Source: a virus | Lineage: Duplodnaviria > Heunggongvirae > Uroviricota > Caudoviricetes | Length of the DNA: 64,000 nucleotides | Virus record (IMG/VR): IMGVR_UViG_3300033120_000816 | Direction: 5' to 3' (one strand) | In this document: positions 1 through 8,800 of the stretch, piece after piece | How the letters are laid out: each line of letters starts with the position of its first letter | How positions within the stretch are numbered: the first letter of the stretch is position 1 | Notes under the pieces: generated by a model | What the model saw: the letters and a program-made list of their open reading frames with translations, nothing else | What the model was told of the DNA's origin: nothing | Databases searched by the model: none | Program-made: the position numbers and the translations under genes

Positions 1-169
1 CCCCTGTGTGTTGCTGTGCGCTGCTCCTGTGTTCCTGTGGGGTGGGGGTGGGGTTCTCTTGTGTTGGTTGTTTGGTTACGGGCTGGGGGATCTTTGTTCG
101 GCTGGGGTTGCGTCGCACTCTTGTAGGTTCTTTTCTTCTATCATCTTTTAACATAACCTGAAAGAACAT
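1..169 (-). CDS. 5'-partial CDS running off the left edge; N-terminus MFFQVMLKDDRRKEPTRVRRNPSRTKIPQPVTKQPTQENPTPTPQEHRSSAQQHTG... (Pro/Thr/Gln-rich low complexity)
   Basis: ATG at 169-167 on the minus strand (plus 'cat' at 167-169). Open frame to position 1 with no stop. The plus strand of 1-130 is strongly G/T-skewed, which is the mirror of a P/T/Q-rich coding strand. The gene is divergent from the early plus-strand array. Confidence 0.4.
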   Translation of the reverse strand, partial: MFFQVMLKDDRRKEPTRVRRNPSRTKIPQPVTKQPTQENPTPTPQEHRSSAQQHTG

Positions 170-174
170 ATTAT

Positions 175-241
175 ATATTACACAAACAAATATCTATATA
201 CTTTTGCGCTACTAATTAAATTAGTTGTATCTTTACATCTC
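175..241 (+). promoter_or_regulatory. Early promoter module copy 1: upstream element ATATTACACAAA (175-186), TTTG (-33-like) and TATCTTTACA (-7-like, 229-238)
   Basis: Same ~65-nt module recurs at 1299-1364 and 6237-6300. Spacing from the upstream element to the -7-like box is 52-55 nt in all three copies. The -33 TTTG / -7 TAnnTTT(A/G) layout is typical of Bacteroidota sigma-A promoters. Confidence 0.5.
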
Positions 242-271
242 ATTCTATTATTAACCTTTAATACTTACTTT

Positions 272-481
272 ATGCAGTTAAAATCAATTGATCTTTTACG
301 GATGGTTTTAGGCGTTGTTAATTGTTCTGATACGTTCGACACACTAACACTTTTACTCTCTCGCCTGGCTGAAGGTGAAGGGCTAAATTTTGAAGGTAAC
401 GACAACTATATAACAATATCAATACCAAGCACAGCGCCAAATTCTCAAACTGGGATAACTATTAACAAATCAGATTTTTAA
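272..481 (+). CDS. hypothetical early protein (69 aa)
   Basis: First ORF downstream of early promoter copy 1. Part of the tightly packed same-strand small-ORF array. Confidence 0.5.
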   Translation: MQLKSIDLLRMVLGVVNCSDTFDTLTLLLSRLAEGEGLNFEGNDNYITISIPSTAPNSQTGITINKSDF

Positions 482-500
482 ACCTCAAAAATTATATTTT

Positions 501-716
501 ATGAATTTTATTGAATTAAGCCACGTCGACGGATACACATTATTTGTAAATGTTGCACACATTAAAACATTCAACACCGCCAAAAACAACCACAATATGA
601 CATCGGTGTATTATGGTATTGGAAGTGATATAGTATTGGAGACAGAAGAAGAGATAATAAAACTAATTAAACAGAGTGTAAATACTATAGTAGCACAAGT
701 AGAAAAAATTTGTTAA
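501..716 (+). CDS. hypothetical early protein (71 aa)
   Basis: ORF packed 20 nt after the previous stop. The ATG is preceded by TAAACCTCAAAAA, which ends 10 nt upstream. Confidence 0.5.
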   Translation: MNFIELSHVDGYTLFVNVAHIKTFNTAKNNHNMTSVYYGIGSDIVLETEEEIIKLIKQSVNTIVAQVEKIC

Positions 717-734
717 TCAACTCAATTCAAGAAA

Positions 735-953
735 ATGAATAGATATAAAGTAAAATGGAAAGGTATTTTGCAGCCCCACACGGGGCACAGTTGGCAAGAC
801 TGTAAACAATATGTAATTAATCAAATAAACGCAGGAAGCGCGAAAAATGACTTCCAAATTATTGATAATTACGGCATCATTAACACTGCAGTAGGATTGC
901 AAGATCCAGAATTCAACCCACAATTAACAGTAAATTATACTAGTATTTTTTAA
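735..953 (+). CDS. hypothetical early protein (72 aa)
   Basis: ORF in the same-strand array. Confidence 0.45.
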   Translation: MNRYKVKWKGILQPHTGHSWQDCKQYVINQINAGSAKNDFQIIDNYGIINTAVGLQDPEFNPQLTVNYTSIF

Positions 954-970
954 TCTCCAACTTTTATATT

Positions 971-1276
971 ATGGTGCATTTAACAGAAGAGGAAAGAATA
1001 TTAATACACAATGTAGCCGCAAAAAATAATGTAGTTATCAAAGCAGGGAAGAGCAAAGAAGATGAAATTAATATTTCTCCAATAGTAAGAAAAGGCAGAT
1101 CTATATATGATGGTATGCGTATTTTGTATTTTGATGGAGTATATGAAGTAGGGCAATATATGGCAGGAAAAAGAGAAAATGAGCTACATATATACACTAA
1201 TACTCAAAGCCTCATTAAGGCACTAGAAAGCCTCATTAAGGGCAATAAAAACAGGCAGATAATAGAACGATGGTAA
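971..1276 (+). CDS. hypothetical early protein (101 aa)
   Basis: ORF in the same-strand array. It is followed by promoter module copy 2. Confidence 0.5.
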   Translation: MVHLTEEERILIHNVAAKNNVVIKAGKSKEDEINISPIVRKGRSIYDGMRILYFDGVYEVGQYMAGKRENELHIYTNTQSLIKALESLIKGNKNRQIIERW

Positions 1277-1298
1277 GTTATTTTTTTTTACCTAAATA

Positions 1299-1364
1299 AT
1301 ATTACACAAAGATTTTTATTTACTCATTTGCACTATTTTAAACATTATACTTGTATCTTTACAC
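1299..1364 (+). promoter_or_regulatory. Early promoter module copy 2 (ATATTACACAAAG ... TTTG ... TATCTTTACA)
   Basis: Near-identical to the modules at 175-241 and 6237-6300. Sits about 35 nt upstream of the ATG at 1399. Confidence 0.5.
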
Positions 1365-1398
1365 TCTCAATTAATTAACCCCCATAAAAATTAATTCT

Positions 1399-1905
1399 AT
1401 GATCAATTATTTTGCTAATTGCGGCACATTTGACCAGCTCAAACAAGAGTACAGAAAACTAGCAATGAAGCACCACCCCGACAAAGGAGGAGACGCGGAA
1501 ATATTTAAGGAGATAGTAAACCAGTATGAAAGGGCCGTTAATTATATGGCCGCGCATGGTGAAAATAAGGACGGCACCAAGTACACAGAAGAACAGCGCA
1601 AAGCAACAATTTTAGAGAACGAAAAATATATAACCGCTATTAATGCAGTTATCAACATACCGAATATAATAATAGAAGTTATTGGCAGTTGGGTATGGAT
1701 AACGGGAAATACATTTGCGTGTAAAGCAGAATTAAGGGCCGCAGGTTATTTTTTCGCAAGCACTAAAAAGGCATGGTATTTCCGGACCGACGAAAACAAA
1801 GTAACCAGCTATAAAAAACAAACTTTAGACGAAATTAAAACAAAGTACGGAGCGCAAAATATAAGCAATTACCGCACAAGCTACAGAATAGCAGGCGCAG
1901 CATAA
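1399..1905 (+). CDS. J-domain (DnaJ-like) protein, 168 aa
   Basis: N-terminal 'FDQLKQEYRKLAMKHHPDKGGDAEIFKEIVNQYERA' carries the HPD tripeptide in the canonical helix II-III position of J-domains. No Zn-finger or CTD is present, so it is a minimal J-protein. Confidence 0.7.
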   Translation: MINYFANCGTFDQLKQEYRKLAMKHHPDKGGDAEIFKEIVNQYERAVNYMAAHGENKDGTKYTEEQRKATILENEKYITAINAVINIPNIIIEVIGSWVWITGNTFACKAELRAAGYFFASTKKAWYFRTDENKVTSYKKQTLDEIKTKYGAQNISNYRTSYRIAGAA

Positions 1906-1974
1906 CACCACCAGCCACAGCCACAGCCAGCCCCGACAAACCCCACCAGCTTAACAACTATAAAAGCAGATACA

Positions 1975-2772
1975 ATGATACAACCAAACCAGCAAGCACA
2001 AGCAAAGGAAGTATATACAATAGATATTTTTACCAGCATAAGCGCGGGAACTATTGTAACATTTGTAAAGGATAGAGATATTGTAAAGGTATGGCAGCAA
2101 GGCAACCCCAACCCCGTAACAATACCCGAAAATATTTTTGATCAGTATTTCAGCTATTACAAACAGGCGGATATTTTTACACCACAACCAGAAGCGCAAC
2201 CAACCCCGAAAATAAACACAGAAGCCCACCAGAGGACCAAGAAGCCGCAAAAAACTATCGAAGTAGTATATTATGCCAGTGGTGAAAATTCGGGGACTTA
2301 TAGCCCACTATGCTTTATTGAATCCTTTCCAGCAGATAAAGACATAAACGAAAAAACAGAGCGATTTATGAACTGGGACTGTAATATATATGTCTCATGT
2401 GACATGTACAAAGTACAAAAAATCGAAGTTCCCGACTGGGTAACAGAATCCGAATTTTTAACGGATTATATTAGCCATAAATACGCTTCAGGGCTTGCGG
2501 ATGATTTCTACAGGACATTAAGCAAAGAAGAGTGGAACAAGTTCAAAACACTATCAGAGAAATATAAATTTTTTATTGATGAATATTTCAGAGGGAACAC
2601 AAAAAACGAATTTAAAAAATCTTTGAGAGCTCAAATAATTGAGTGGCTTAACTCTCCATATGATTACAGAAAACCTCAGCCACTAAGCCCCCGACAATTT
2701 GAAATTGCCGCCCAATATATACCACTATACCAAGTAAAAAACATAAGCACCCGAATTTATTACAGTTTTTAA
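1975..2772 (+). CDS. hypothetical early protein (265 aa)
   Basis: Long ORF in the array. No recognisable motif. Confidence 0.6.
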   Translation: MIQPNQQAQAKEVYTIDIFTSISAGTIVTFVKDRDIVKVWQQGNPNPVTIPENIFDQYFSYYKQADIFTPQPEAQPTPKINTEAHQRTKKPQKTIEVVYYASGENSGTYSPLCFIESFPADKDINEKTERFMNWDCNIYVSCDMYKVQKIEVPDWVTESEFLTDYISHKYASGLADDFYRTLSKEEWNKFKTLSEKYKFFIDEYFRGNTKNEFKKSLRAQIIEWLNSPYDYRKPQPLSPRQFEIAAQYIPLYQVKNISTRIYYSF

Positions 2773-2798
2773 TTTTAAACCTCAAAAAATACAAAACA

Positions 2799-2999
2799 AT
2801 GTACCAGAAAGAGACAACAACAATAAGAGCAAAAAAGGACTTACACAACGGCGGGAAATGCTTTACAAAGGGCAAAACCTACACAGTTAACGGAGCGGTA
2901 AGAACGCCCGCAGGATTGATGGAGAAACAAACCACAAACGACCAGGGGCAGCCTCATTATATTGGGGCATGGTGGAGAAACTTTGTAATAGTTGATTAA
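2799..2999 (+). CDS. hypothetical early protein (66 aa)
   Basis: ORF preceded by TAAACCTCAAAAAA, which ends 10 nt before the ATG. Confidence 0.45.
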   Translation: MYQKETTTIRAKKDLHNGGKCFTKGKTYTVNGAVRTPAGLMEKQTTNDQGQPHYIGAWWRNFVIVD

Positions 3000-3056
3000 C
3001 TTTTTTTTCGGAATAACAAAACCAATTTTTATAACTAAAATCAAAAATCACAGAAC

Positions 3057-5297
3057 ATGTTACAAGCCAATTTATTTGACACGATCGCAGCAGCAACCAA
3101 CCCACAGACAGCAGGCGCAATGATAGCCAGCATAAACACAACTCGAAGCCAAGCCCCAGCGCAGCCAGAACCAGCCCCGATAATATTTAATAATATCGGG
3201 GAACTATTACACCATTGTAACAAGGTAGGCACTAAGTTTTTAAGTTATGCCGAGTATGTTAATATGAGATCTCAAATATTAGCGCAGGAATTAAAGATTA
3301 AAAGTATCTTAAATTCTATGACAATTCCCGAGCTTAAAAAATATGTATTCACATACGGCAGCCCAAAAAAGACGGAATTAATTGATAAATGTTATGACGG
3401 AATTATCGCATATTTTTTGTGTGATAAAACCGTTAGTTATATGCCATTCAGCGGACAAACATACGAAGGAGAGCGCGCAAAAGTATTACAGTCAATCACA
3501 GAACAGGACTATAACAATTATGTAATTGAAGAAGATGCAAAGCGAGCAGATAAAGCAGCAAAAAGAGCAGCAACGGAAGCCGCCATACAAAACCCTACAA
3601 CCTTAGATGATTACATCAAATTTATAAAAGTCAAAGGAGAAGCCGCGTTAACGATAGAACAACGCGCAATAGTAGACGAACTACTGACAGAGAAGCGCAG
3701 AGCCGAGAGAGCCAGCAGAGAACAAAGTAATAATGTAGTTAAAGCGGTGGAAGTTTCCGAAGGGCTACAAATGGAGATTAAGACCAGCCACCACGCAAAG
3801 AAAAATATACCCCTTTGGGTGGTGGTATTGTCAACCCGAATAGACAGCAACCAGTTTGCAGAACTCAAAGACAGAGCGCACAAATTAGGCGGCTATTACT
3901 CCAGTTTTCGCGGTAGTGGTGCAATACCTGGATTTACATTTGAATCACTGCAAAGCGCGGAAATGTTTACAAAGGTTACAGCGGGCAATGTAGATACTAC
4001 AGAACTAAAAGAACAGACCGAAGAAGAACGCCAGCAGGAACGCGCGGAAACACTGGAAGAGAAAGCCCAAAGGATAGCAGATACAGCGAATGAGAGCCTA
4101 AACAGAGACCGCAAAGACAACACACACAGAAGAGCAGCCCAAGCGCAAAACGCAGAGCGTGAAGCACTGCAAAAACTGGAATTTTCGCAGATTATGACGG
4201 AGATATCAAACCGCATGAAAGAAGGCAACATTAAGCACCTAACCAAAGTAAACAACATTACAGAAGTTCAAACACTGTTAACGCTGCTTAGTGCTGCAAA
4301 ATGGAAGCACATAAGCGAAAAGAAAATAGATGTAAAAACATACGGATATACCCCCAGTATTGAGACCGCGCAGTATGTTGTATTTCCCTATCCTAATTTT
4401 TGGCCCGAGAACGCAAACAGGGATATAGTTACAGTAATGAACGAACCAGGCAAAAAGATGGCAGCCGCAAGAATGCAAAAACGCATTAAAGCAATGTTGA
4501 AGGATCAGAATGTATATTACTGCAGCAGTACGCAAGAAATAGAAGATTACGAAACCGTATTTTGTGATCACTCCAAATACCTTGACAAGTACACCCGCCA
4601 GAGATACGCAGAGAGCTTAAACAGATACAAGCGCATAACCAGAATAGGACTATTAACACCGCCTGAATTAAGGGCCGCAATTCGGGAGCTTATCTCTATC
4701 ATTAACAATATAGGAGGAGCCACGCCAGAACAAAAGAGAATGCAGGAAATTAGAGAGGTCGAACGCAAATTTAGGGGAGCTAATATAGATGGATTCTTTC
4801 CAACCCCTACCAGCTTAGCAATTGAGATAGTAAACAGGGCAGGCATTGAAGAGGGGAACACAATATTAGAGCCGTCAGCAGGCTTAGGCCATATAGCCGA
4901 CATTATAAATAACACATTCGGTGATAGTGTAAAAATGGACTGCATAGAATATCATAGCGGATTAACTGAAGCCCTGAAGGTTAAAGGCCACAACGCAGAG
5001 AACACCGATTTTTTGACCATTACCGGCAGGGAATATGACCGAATAGTAATGAACCCACCATTCGAAAACGGACAAGATATTGACCACCTACAGCATGCAT
5101 ACACACTTTTAAAACCACATGGCCGCATTGTCTGTATAATGGCAAATAACAAGCGGAACAACTCCAGTAAATCCCGCCAGTTTTTACAATGGCTTAATGA
5201 AGTTGGGGGAGTGATGGAGGAAAACAACGACCGCGCTTTTATGTCATCATTTAGGCCCACAGGGGTAAGTACTGTAACGGTTGTAATCGACAAATAA
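3057..5297 (+). CDS. 746-aa protein with a C-terminal SAM-dependent methyltransferase domain (N6-adenine / amino-MTase type, NPPF motif) and a large N-terminal domain of unknown function
   Basis: C-terminal 'ILEPSAGLGHIAD' matches motif I (FxGxG-like). 'DCIEYH' gives an acidic beta-2 end. 'VMNPPFENG' is the motif IV NPPF. 'LKPHGRIVCIMAN' is the motif V/VI strand. The N-terminal ~550 aa includes a Glu/Arg-rich coiled-coil segment. Confidence 0.75.
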   Translation: MLQANLFDTIAAATNPQTAGAMIASINTTRSQAPAQPEPAPIIFNNIGELLHHCNKVGTKFLSYAEYVNMRSQILAQELKIKSILNSMTIPELKKYVFTYGSPKKTELIDKCYDGIIAYFLCDKTVSYMPFSGQTYEGERAKVLQSITEQDYNNYVIEEDAKRADKAAKRAATEAAIQNPTTLDDYIKFIKVKGEAALTIEQRAIVDELLTEKRRAERASREQSNNVVKAVEVSEGLQMEIKTSHHAKKNIPLWVVVLSTRIDSNQFAELKDRAHKLGGYYSSFRGSGAIPGFTFESLQSAEMFTKVTAGNVDTTELKEQTEEERQQERAETLEEKAQRIADTANESLNRDRKDNTHRRAAQAQNAEREALQKLEFSQIMTEISNRMKEGNIKHLTKVNNITEVQTLLTLLSAAKWKHISEKKIDVKTYGYTPSIETAQYVVFPYPNFWPENANRDIVTVMNEPGKKMAAARMQKRIKAMLKDQNVYYCSSTQEIEDYETVFCDHSKYLDKYTRQRYAESLNRYKRITRIGLLTPPELRAAIRELISIINNIGGATPEQKRMQEIREVERKFRGANIDGFFPTPTSLAIEIVNRAGIEEGNTILEPSAGLGHIADIINNTFGDSVKMDCIEYHSGLTEALKVKGHNAENTDFLTITGREYDRIVMNPPFENGQDIDHLQHAYTLLKPHGRIVCIMANNKRNNSSKSRQFLQWLNEVGGVMEENNDRAFMSSFRPTGVSTVTVVIDK

Positions 5298-5370
5298 AGA
5301 GCAACCAGCCAGAGAGCGCAGCCCCTATAATTATCCCCTATCTATTTTTTAACCGCTTTATTTTTAATTT

Positions 5371-5691
5371 ATGTGTATTACAAAAGATATCAATACGGCC
5401 GCCATTGAGGCAATGAAAGAAAATATATTTTACGGCTGGGAGTCCAACGTTATGGGCAGCGGGTACGGTTTTAGGCTTCGCAGCCCATGGGGAGCAACGC
5501 TCTATAAAATGTCCTATTATGACGAATTCGACATAACCGCCTATATAGATGATGAAGAGCCAACCAAAGAACAGGAGGAGTGTTATTATAGACAATGGAA
5601 GGAGGAAGATTTTTATAATTGTTGCCTTGAAATGTTCTTACAAGATTGCACCCCTAAATTCATTCACTTTTTTGAAGAGTGCCAAAACTAA
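5371..5691 (+). CDS. hypothetical early protein (106 aa), Cys/acidic-rich
   Basis: ORF in the array. Confidence 0.5.
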   Translation: MCITKDINTAAIEAMKENIFYGWESNVMGSGYGFRLRSPWGATLYKMSYYDEFDITAYIDDEEPTKEQEECYYRQWKEEDFYNCCLEMFLQDCTPKFIHFFEECQN

Positions 5692-5719
5692 TTTTTTCAC
5701 GCCAACAACATTTTATAAA

Positions 5720-5956
5720 ATGTCACAGACAGCCCCACAACCGAATATTAATTACTTGTTTCAGGACCAGATCTCAAACTTTGCCCACCTGGTAACTACA
5801 GAGCCACAAACAAGGGAGCAATTGATGAAGGCGGTAAAAGATACCTATTCGCTAGACAACCCAAAAACGGCAATGTTTTACGGAGCAATCGAAAGATCGT
5901 CATTCGAGACTATCAGAATAAACCACGAGAGAACCCGCATATTATTTAACCAGTAA
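5720..5956 (+). CDS. hypothetical early protein (78 aa)
   Basis: Internal ATG (5720) of track ORF 5549..5956. It was chosen because the upstream part overlaps the preceding gene. Start: MSQTAPQPNINYLF... Confidence 0.4.
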   Translation: MSQTAPQPNINYLFQDQISNFAHLVTTEPQTREQLMKAVKDTYSLDNPKTAMFYGAIERSSFETIRINHERTRILFNQ

Positions 5957-5975
5957 ATGCCAGCAGGCAAACAAC

Positions 5976-6215
5976 ATGGAGCATACAGAAAATAAATTCC
6001 CTTACCATCTTGATTTTTCACCGTTAGAGCTGCAGGTTATTAACTGCATTCTAAAAAAGGGTTACGGGTTAATGATACCAAGCAAAAAAGACCTGAAAGA
6101 TTACCCGACCCTTATTAATAATCAAATGGTATATATTGATTCCAGGAAGGGCAGCATATCCCTAAAACCAACAGAAAAGGGTATGGGATATTTTAACAAC
6201 ATAGTCCAAGAGTAA
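5976..6215 (+). CDS. hypothetical early protein (79 aa)
   Basis: ORF in the array. Confidence 0.5.
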   Translation: MEHTENKFPYHLDFSPLELQVINCILKKGYGLMIPSKKDLKDYPTLINNQMVYIDSRKGSISLKPTEKGMGYFNNIVQE

Positions 6216-6236
6216 CCAGTTTATTTTTTCATTTTT

Positions 6237-6300
6237 ATATTACACAAAAATTTTTATTTACTTTTTTGTTTGTTTTTCAAAGTAAATTGTATCTTTACAT
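6237..6300 (+). promoter_or_regulatory. Early promoter module copy 3 (ATATTACACAAAAA ... TTTGTTTG ... TATCTTTACA)
   Basis: Conserved with copies 1 and 2. TTTG at 6265-6268 lies ~20 nt upstream of TATCTTTA (6289-6296). The ATG at 6335 is 35 nt downstream. Confidence 0.55.
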
Positions 6301-6334
6301 AAATTAATCAATAACCAATCAAATTTTATAAGCT

Positions 6335-6793
6335 ATGCCAAAAGTATTAAGTCAAGATGTAACCGTAAATTTTAGAGAATTCGGATCTATCACAGTTCCA
6401 AAGGGAACAGAAACCACCCACCAAACAGCAATGGGGATAGATGAAACGTACAACTTTGTTAATCAATTCGGTTGGATTGATACCAACTATCCAGAATTTG
6501 CCAATATCCTAAAAATGGACGCGCAAAATTATGGGATAAATATCCCCGCTGAATTTATAGTGGACACCAGCAAACCCAAAACCATGAGAGGATTAACTCT
6601 CCCGATATTCTACAAAGACGGAGAAATAAAGGACGGACTAGGTAAAACCATTATAATAGCCGAAAGAGACCCAAACAACACACCATTAAGCCCAGCCGGT
6701 CAGGATGCAATTTTACAGCTCGCTTGTCACCTAATTAACGAAGCCTACCAGTACGATAAGGCCAGCACAATACTAAAGAAACTAGGGTATTAA
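6335..6793 (+). CDS. hypothetical early protein (152 aa)
   Basis: ORF downstream of promoter module copy 3. Confidence 0.6.
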   Translation: MPKVLSQDVTVNFREFGSITVPKGTETTHQTAMGIDETYNFVNQFGWIDTNYPEFANILKMDAQNYGINIPAEFIVDTSKPKTMRGLTLPIFYKDGEIKDGLGKTIIIAERDPNNTPLSPAGQDAILQLACHLINEAYQYDKASTILKKLGY

Positions 6794-6825
6794 TCCAATC
6801 TCATAACCTCAAAAAAGCACAAGCA

Positions 6826-7092
6826 ATGCAACACATAGATTTAGCAGCACTCCCAAAAAGTCCTTACGTTTTTAAGGGAAACGAATACACAAGATACCAG
6901 GGCAACAGACACAGCGCAAACGAAGCCCCAGAAAGCACAGCCCGCAGGCTAGAAGATAGGGGAGACAAGGTAATTGTTATTCGAGTATTAGCCCGCAACC
7001 TTAAAGGCAAGACAGACGAACACGGGAAACCATACTTACCACAGTTATACGTATTTCATAGGTCAACAAAGCAAGACATTGCCCATTTTTAA
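6826..7092 (+). CDS. hypothetical early protein (88 aa)
   Basis: ORF. TAACCTCAAAAAA ends 10 nt before the ATG. Confidence 0.5.
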   Translation: MQHIDLAALPKSPYVFKGNEYTRYQGNRHSANEAPESTARRLEDRGDKVIVIRVLARNLKGKTDEHGKPYLPQLYVFHRSTKQDIAHF

Positions 7093-7112
7093 CCACAACA
7101 ATAAATTATATT

Positions 7113-7295
7113 ATGATAACATTAAGCCAGCACCCCGAACACGTAAGACTGAGGGCTATTGAAAAAGCATACAGAAAAATATGCAAATGGCAATCCCTAT
7201 ACAGTAGCACAGGCACCCCGAACCGCACAATGTGGAAAAAATCAGTTAAGATTAAAAACTATTTGGAGCAGCTGCATAGCTTTTATTTGTACTAA
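7113..7295 (+). CDS. hypothetical early protein (60 aa)
   Basis: Short ORF in the array. Confidence 0.35.
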   Translation: MITLSQHPEHVRLRAIEKAYRKICKWQSLYSSTGTPNRTMWKKSVKIKNYLEQLHSFYLY

Positions 7296-7360
7296 TAAAT
7301 TAACTAACAATGGAGTAATTCTCCAAAACCAACATTAATCACTAAAAACACAACTATTTT

Positions 7361-7552
7361 ATGACAATCAAATCAATGAGCGCACTCGCTAACGGAAATG
7401 CAAGAGCTTCTATAGTATGTGAAGACGGGATAACAGTAATAGTTACTATTACAGCCTCAGAGCTCGGTAATTTGGGGATAGAAGACAGAATTAAGAGAGT
7501 AACCGCAAAAGCAAAGAAGTATATTAAAACCGCAAAAGAAATCAATTTATAA
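7361..7552 (+). CDS. hypothetical early protein (63 aa)
   Basis: Short ORF in the array. Confidence 0.4.
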   Translation: MTIKSMSALANGNARASIVCEDGITVIVTITASELGNLGIEDRIKRVTAKAKKYIKTAKEINL

Positions 7553-7577
7553 CCAATTAAAAAACCAGCCAATTTTT

Positions 7578-7916
7578 ATGAGCAACATTACAGCAGCACA
7601 AAAGGCAAAAGCCGAAAAGGCCCTATCCCAGCTTATTCGTCACGAAGGAGTAGTAATGACAAAGCGAGCGTTTTTAGGAGCACTGAAGCGGGAGGGAGGA
7701 AGGGCCGAAATAACCATGGTGCCAGAGCTCGAATACAGCCGAACAAAGTACAACAGAATGTCAGGACCAGAGCAAGACATATACGAGCGCAGATGCACCG
7801 AAAAGACAAAACAAGACTACCGGATATACGTAGGCTCAGTATCATTCTTTTCGGTATCAAAAACGGAATACGATTGCTTCTTACTTATCCCAGAAACAGA
7901 ACTACAGCCAGCTTAA
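7578..7916 (+). CDS. hypothetical early protein (112 aa)
   Basis: ORF in the array. Confidence 0.5.
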   Translation: MSNITAAQKAKAEKALSQLIRHEGVVMTKRAFLGALKREGGRAEITMVPELEYSRTKYNRMSGPEQDIYERRCTEKTKQDYRIYVGSVSFFSVSKTEYDCFLLIPETELQPA

Positions 7917-7951
7917 CTTTTTTAATAACCAATCAAAACCAATTTAATTTT

Positions 7952-8362
7952 ATGAAACCAGCAAATCTAGTAATCGAAATCAAAGACGGGCAAGTAGTAG
8001 CCGTAACCAGCACAGACCCGGGTATACGATATTCAGTGTTTAACCACGACACCCGCAATCAGAATTTAAACCCACAGGGGGTAGATATGTTTCTTATAGA
8101 GGGCGACCCAGAGCAATACATTAATAGTCTAATAGCAGCCCAACCAGAGAAGCCACAGGAGCACATTAAAACACTATTGTGTTTTGGGGATGATAGTGTA
8201 GAATCCAGATTTGTTTTGCCTGACGGGGAAATGATTACCGTACAACTCCCAGGGGAAGCCATGAAAGGCAAAACCCTACACGAGAAATACTGCCTAATGA
8301 TGGCAAAAATAGACAGATACCGGGCTTGTTCACAAAGAGAAATGGATAGCGCAACCAGCTAA
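7952..8362 (+). CDS. hypothetical early protein (136 aa; MKPANLVIEIKDGQVV...)
   Basis: Internal ATG of track ORF 7793..8362. It was chosen to avoid overlap with 7578..7916 and is preceded by 'aatttaattttATG'. Confidence 0.5.
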   Translation: MKPANLVIEIKDGQVVAVTSTDPGIRYSVFNHDTRNQNLNPQGVDMFLIEGDPEQYINSLIAAQPEKPQEHIKTLLCFGDDSVESRFVLPDGEMITVQLPGEAMKGKTLHEKYCLMMAKIDRYRACSQREMDSATS

Positions 8363-8553
8363 TGACGGCACAACAAATTACCCAACTCGAGAGCAGCCCC
8401 GTATTTTGGTGGGTAGTTGTGGTTTTGTTTTTAATTTTTTTCTTTTTATGTATTGTAAGAGATAGAAGAAACGAACAGTAACACCACTCCAATACTTCGC
8501 CCCGATCTGTTAATTCAGTCGGGGTTTGGAGGTGCAAACAAAAGCATTTTATT

Positions 8554-8742
8554 ATGGCAACAAACAAAAAGGGCTATGCAATTATCCACTTAAACAACGG
8601 CAAGCAAATTAAGAAATCTGGTTACGAATCATGTTCTAAAGCATTTTATGACTATGAACATAAAGGAGCTGTATGGGCTGAGGTTTATAACGAGAAAGGG
8701 CAAAGACTTGCGTCAACCAGAAAACCAACAGCAATCCAGTAG
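8554..8742 (+). CDS. hypothetical early protein (62 aa)
   Basis: Short ORF in the array. Confidence 0.4.
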   Translation: MATNKKGYAIIHLNNGKQIKKSGYESCSKAFYDYEHKGAVWAEVYNEKGQRLASTRKPTAIQ

Positions 8743-8800
8743 TAATTAATTATTCATTCACACTTGCAGCACTTTTGCTGCAGCAAAAATCAAGCAAACT

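Noticed and set aside
5549-5719. Upstream extensions of track ORFs 5549..5956, 7793..8362 and 9709..10203 that overlap the preceding genes in another frame
   Set aside because: Internal ATGs give non-overlapping, tightly spaced genes consistent with the rest of the array. The extensions are likely non-coding.
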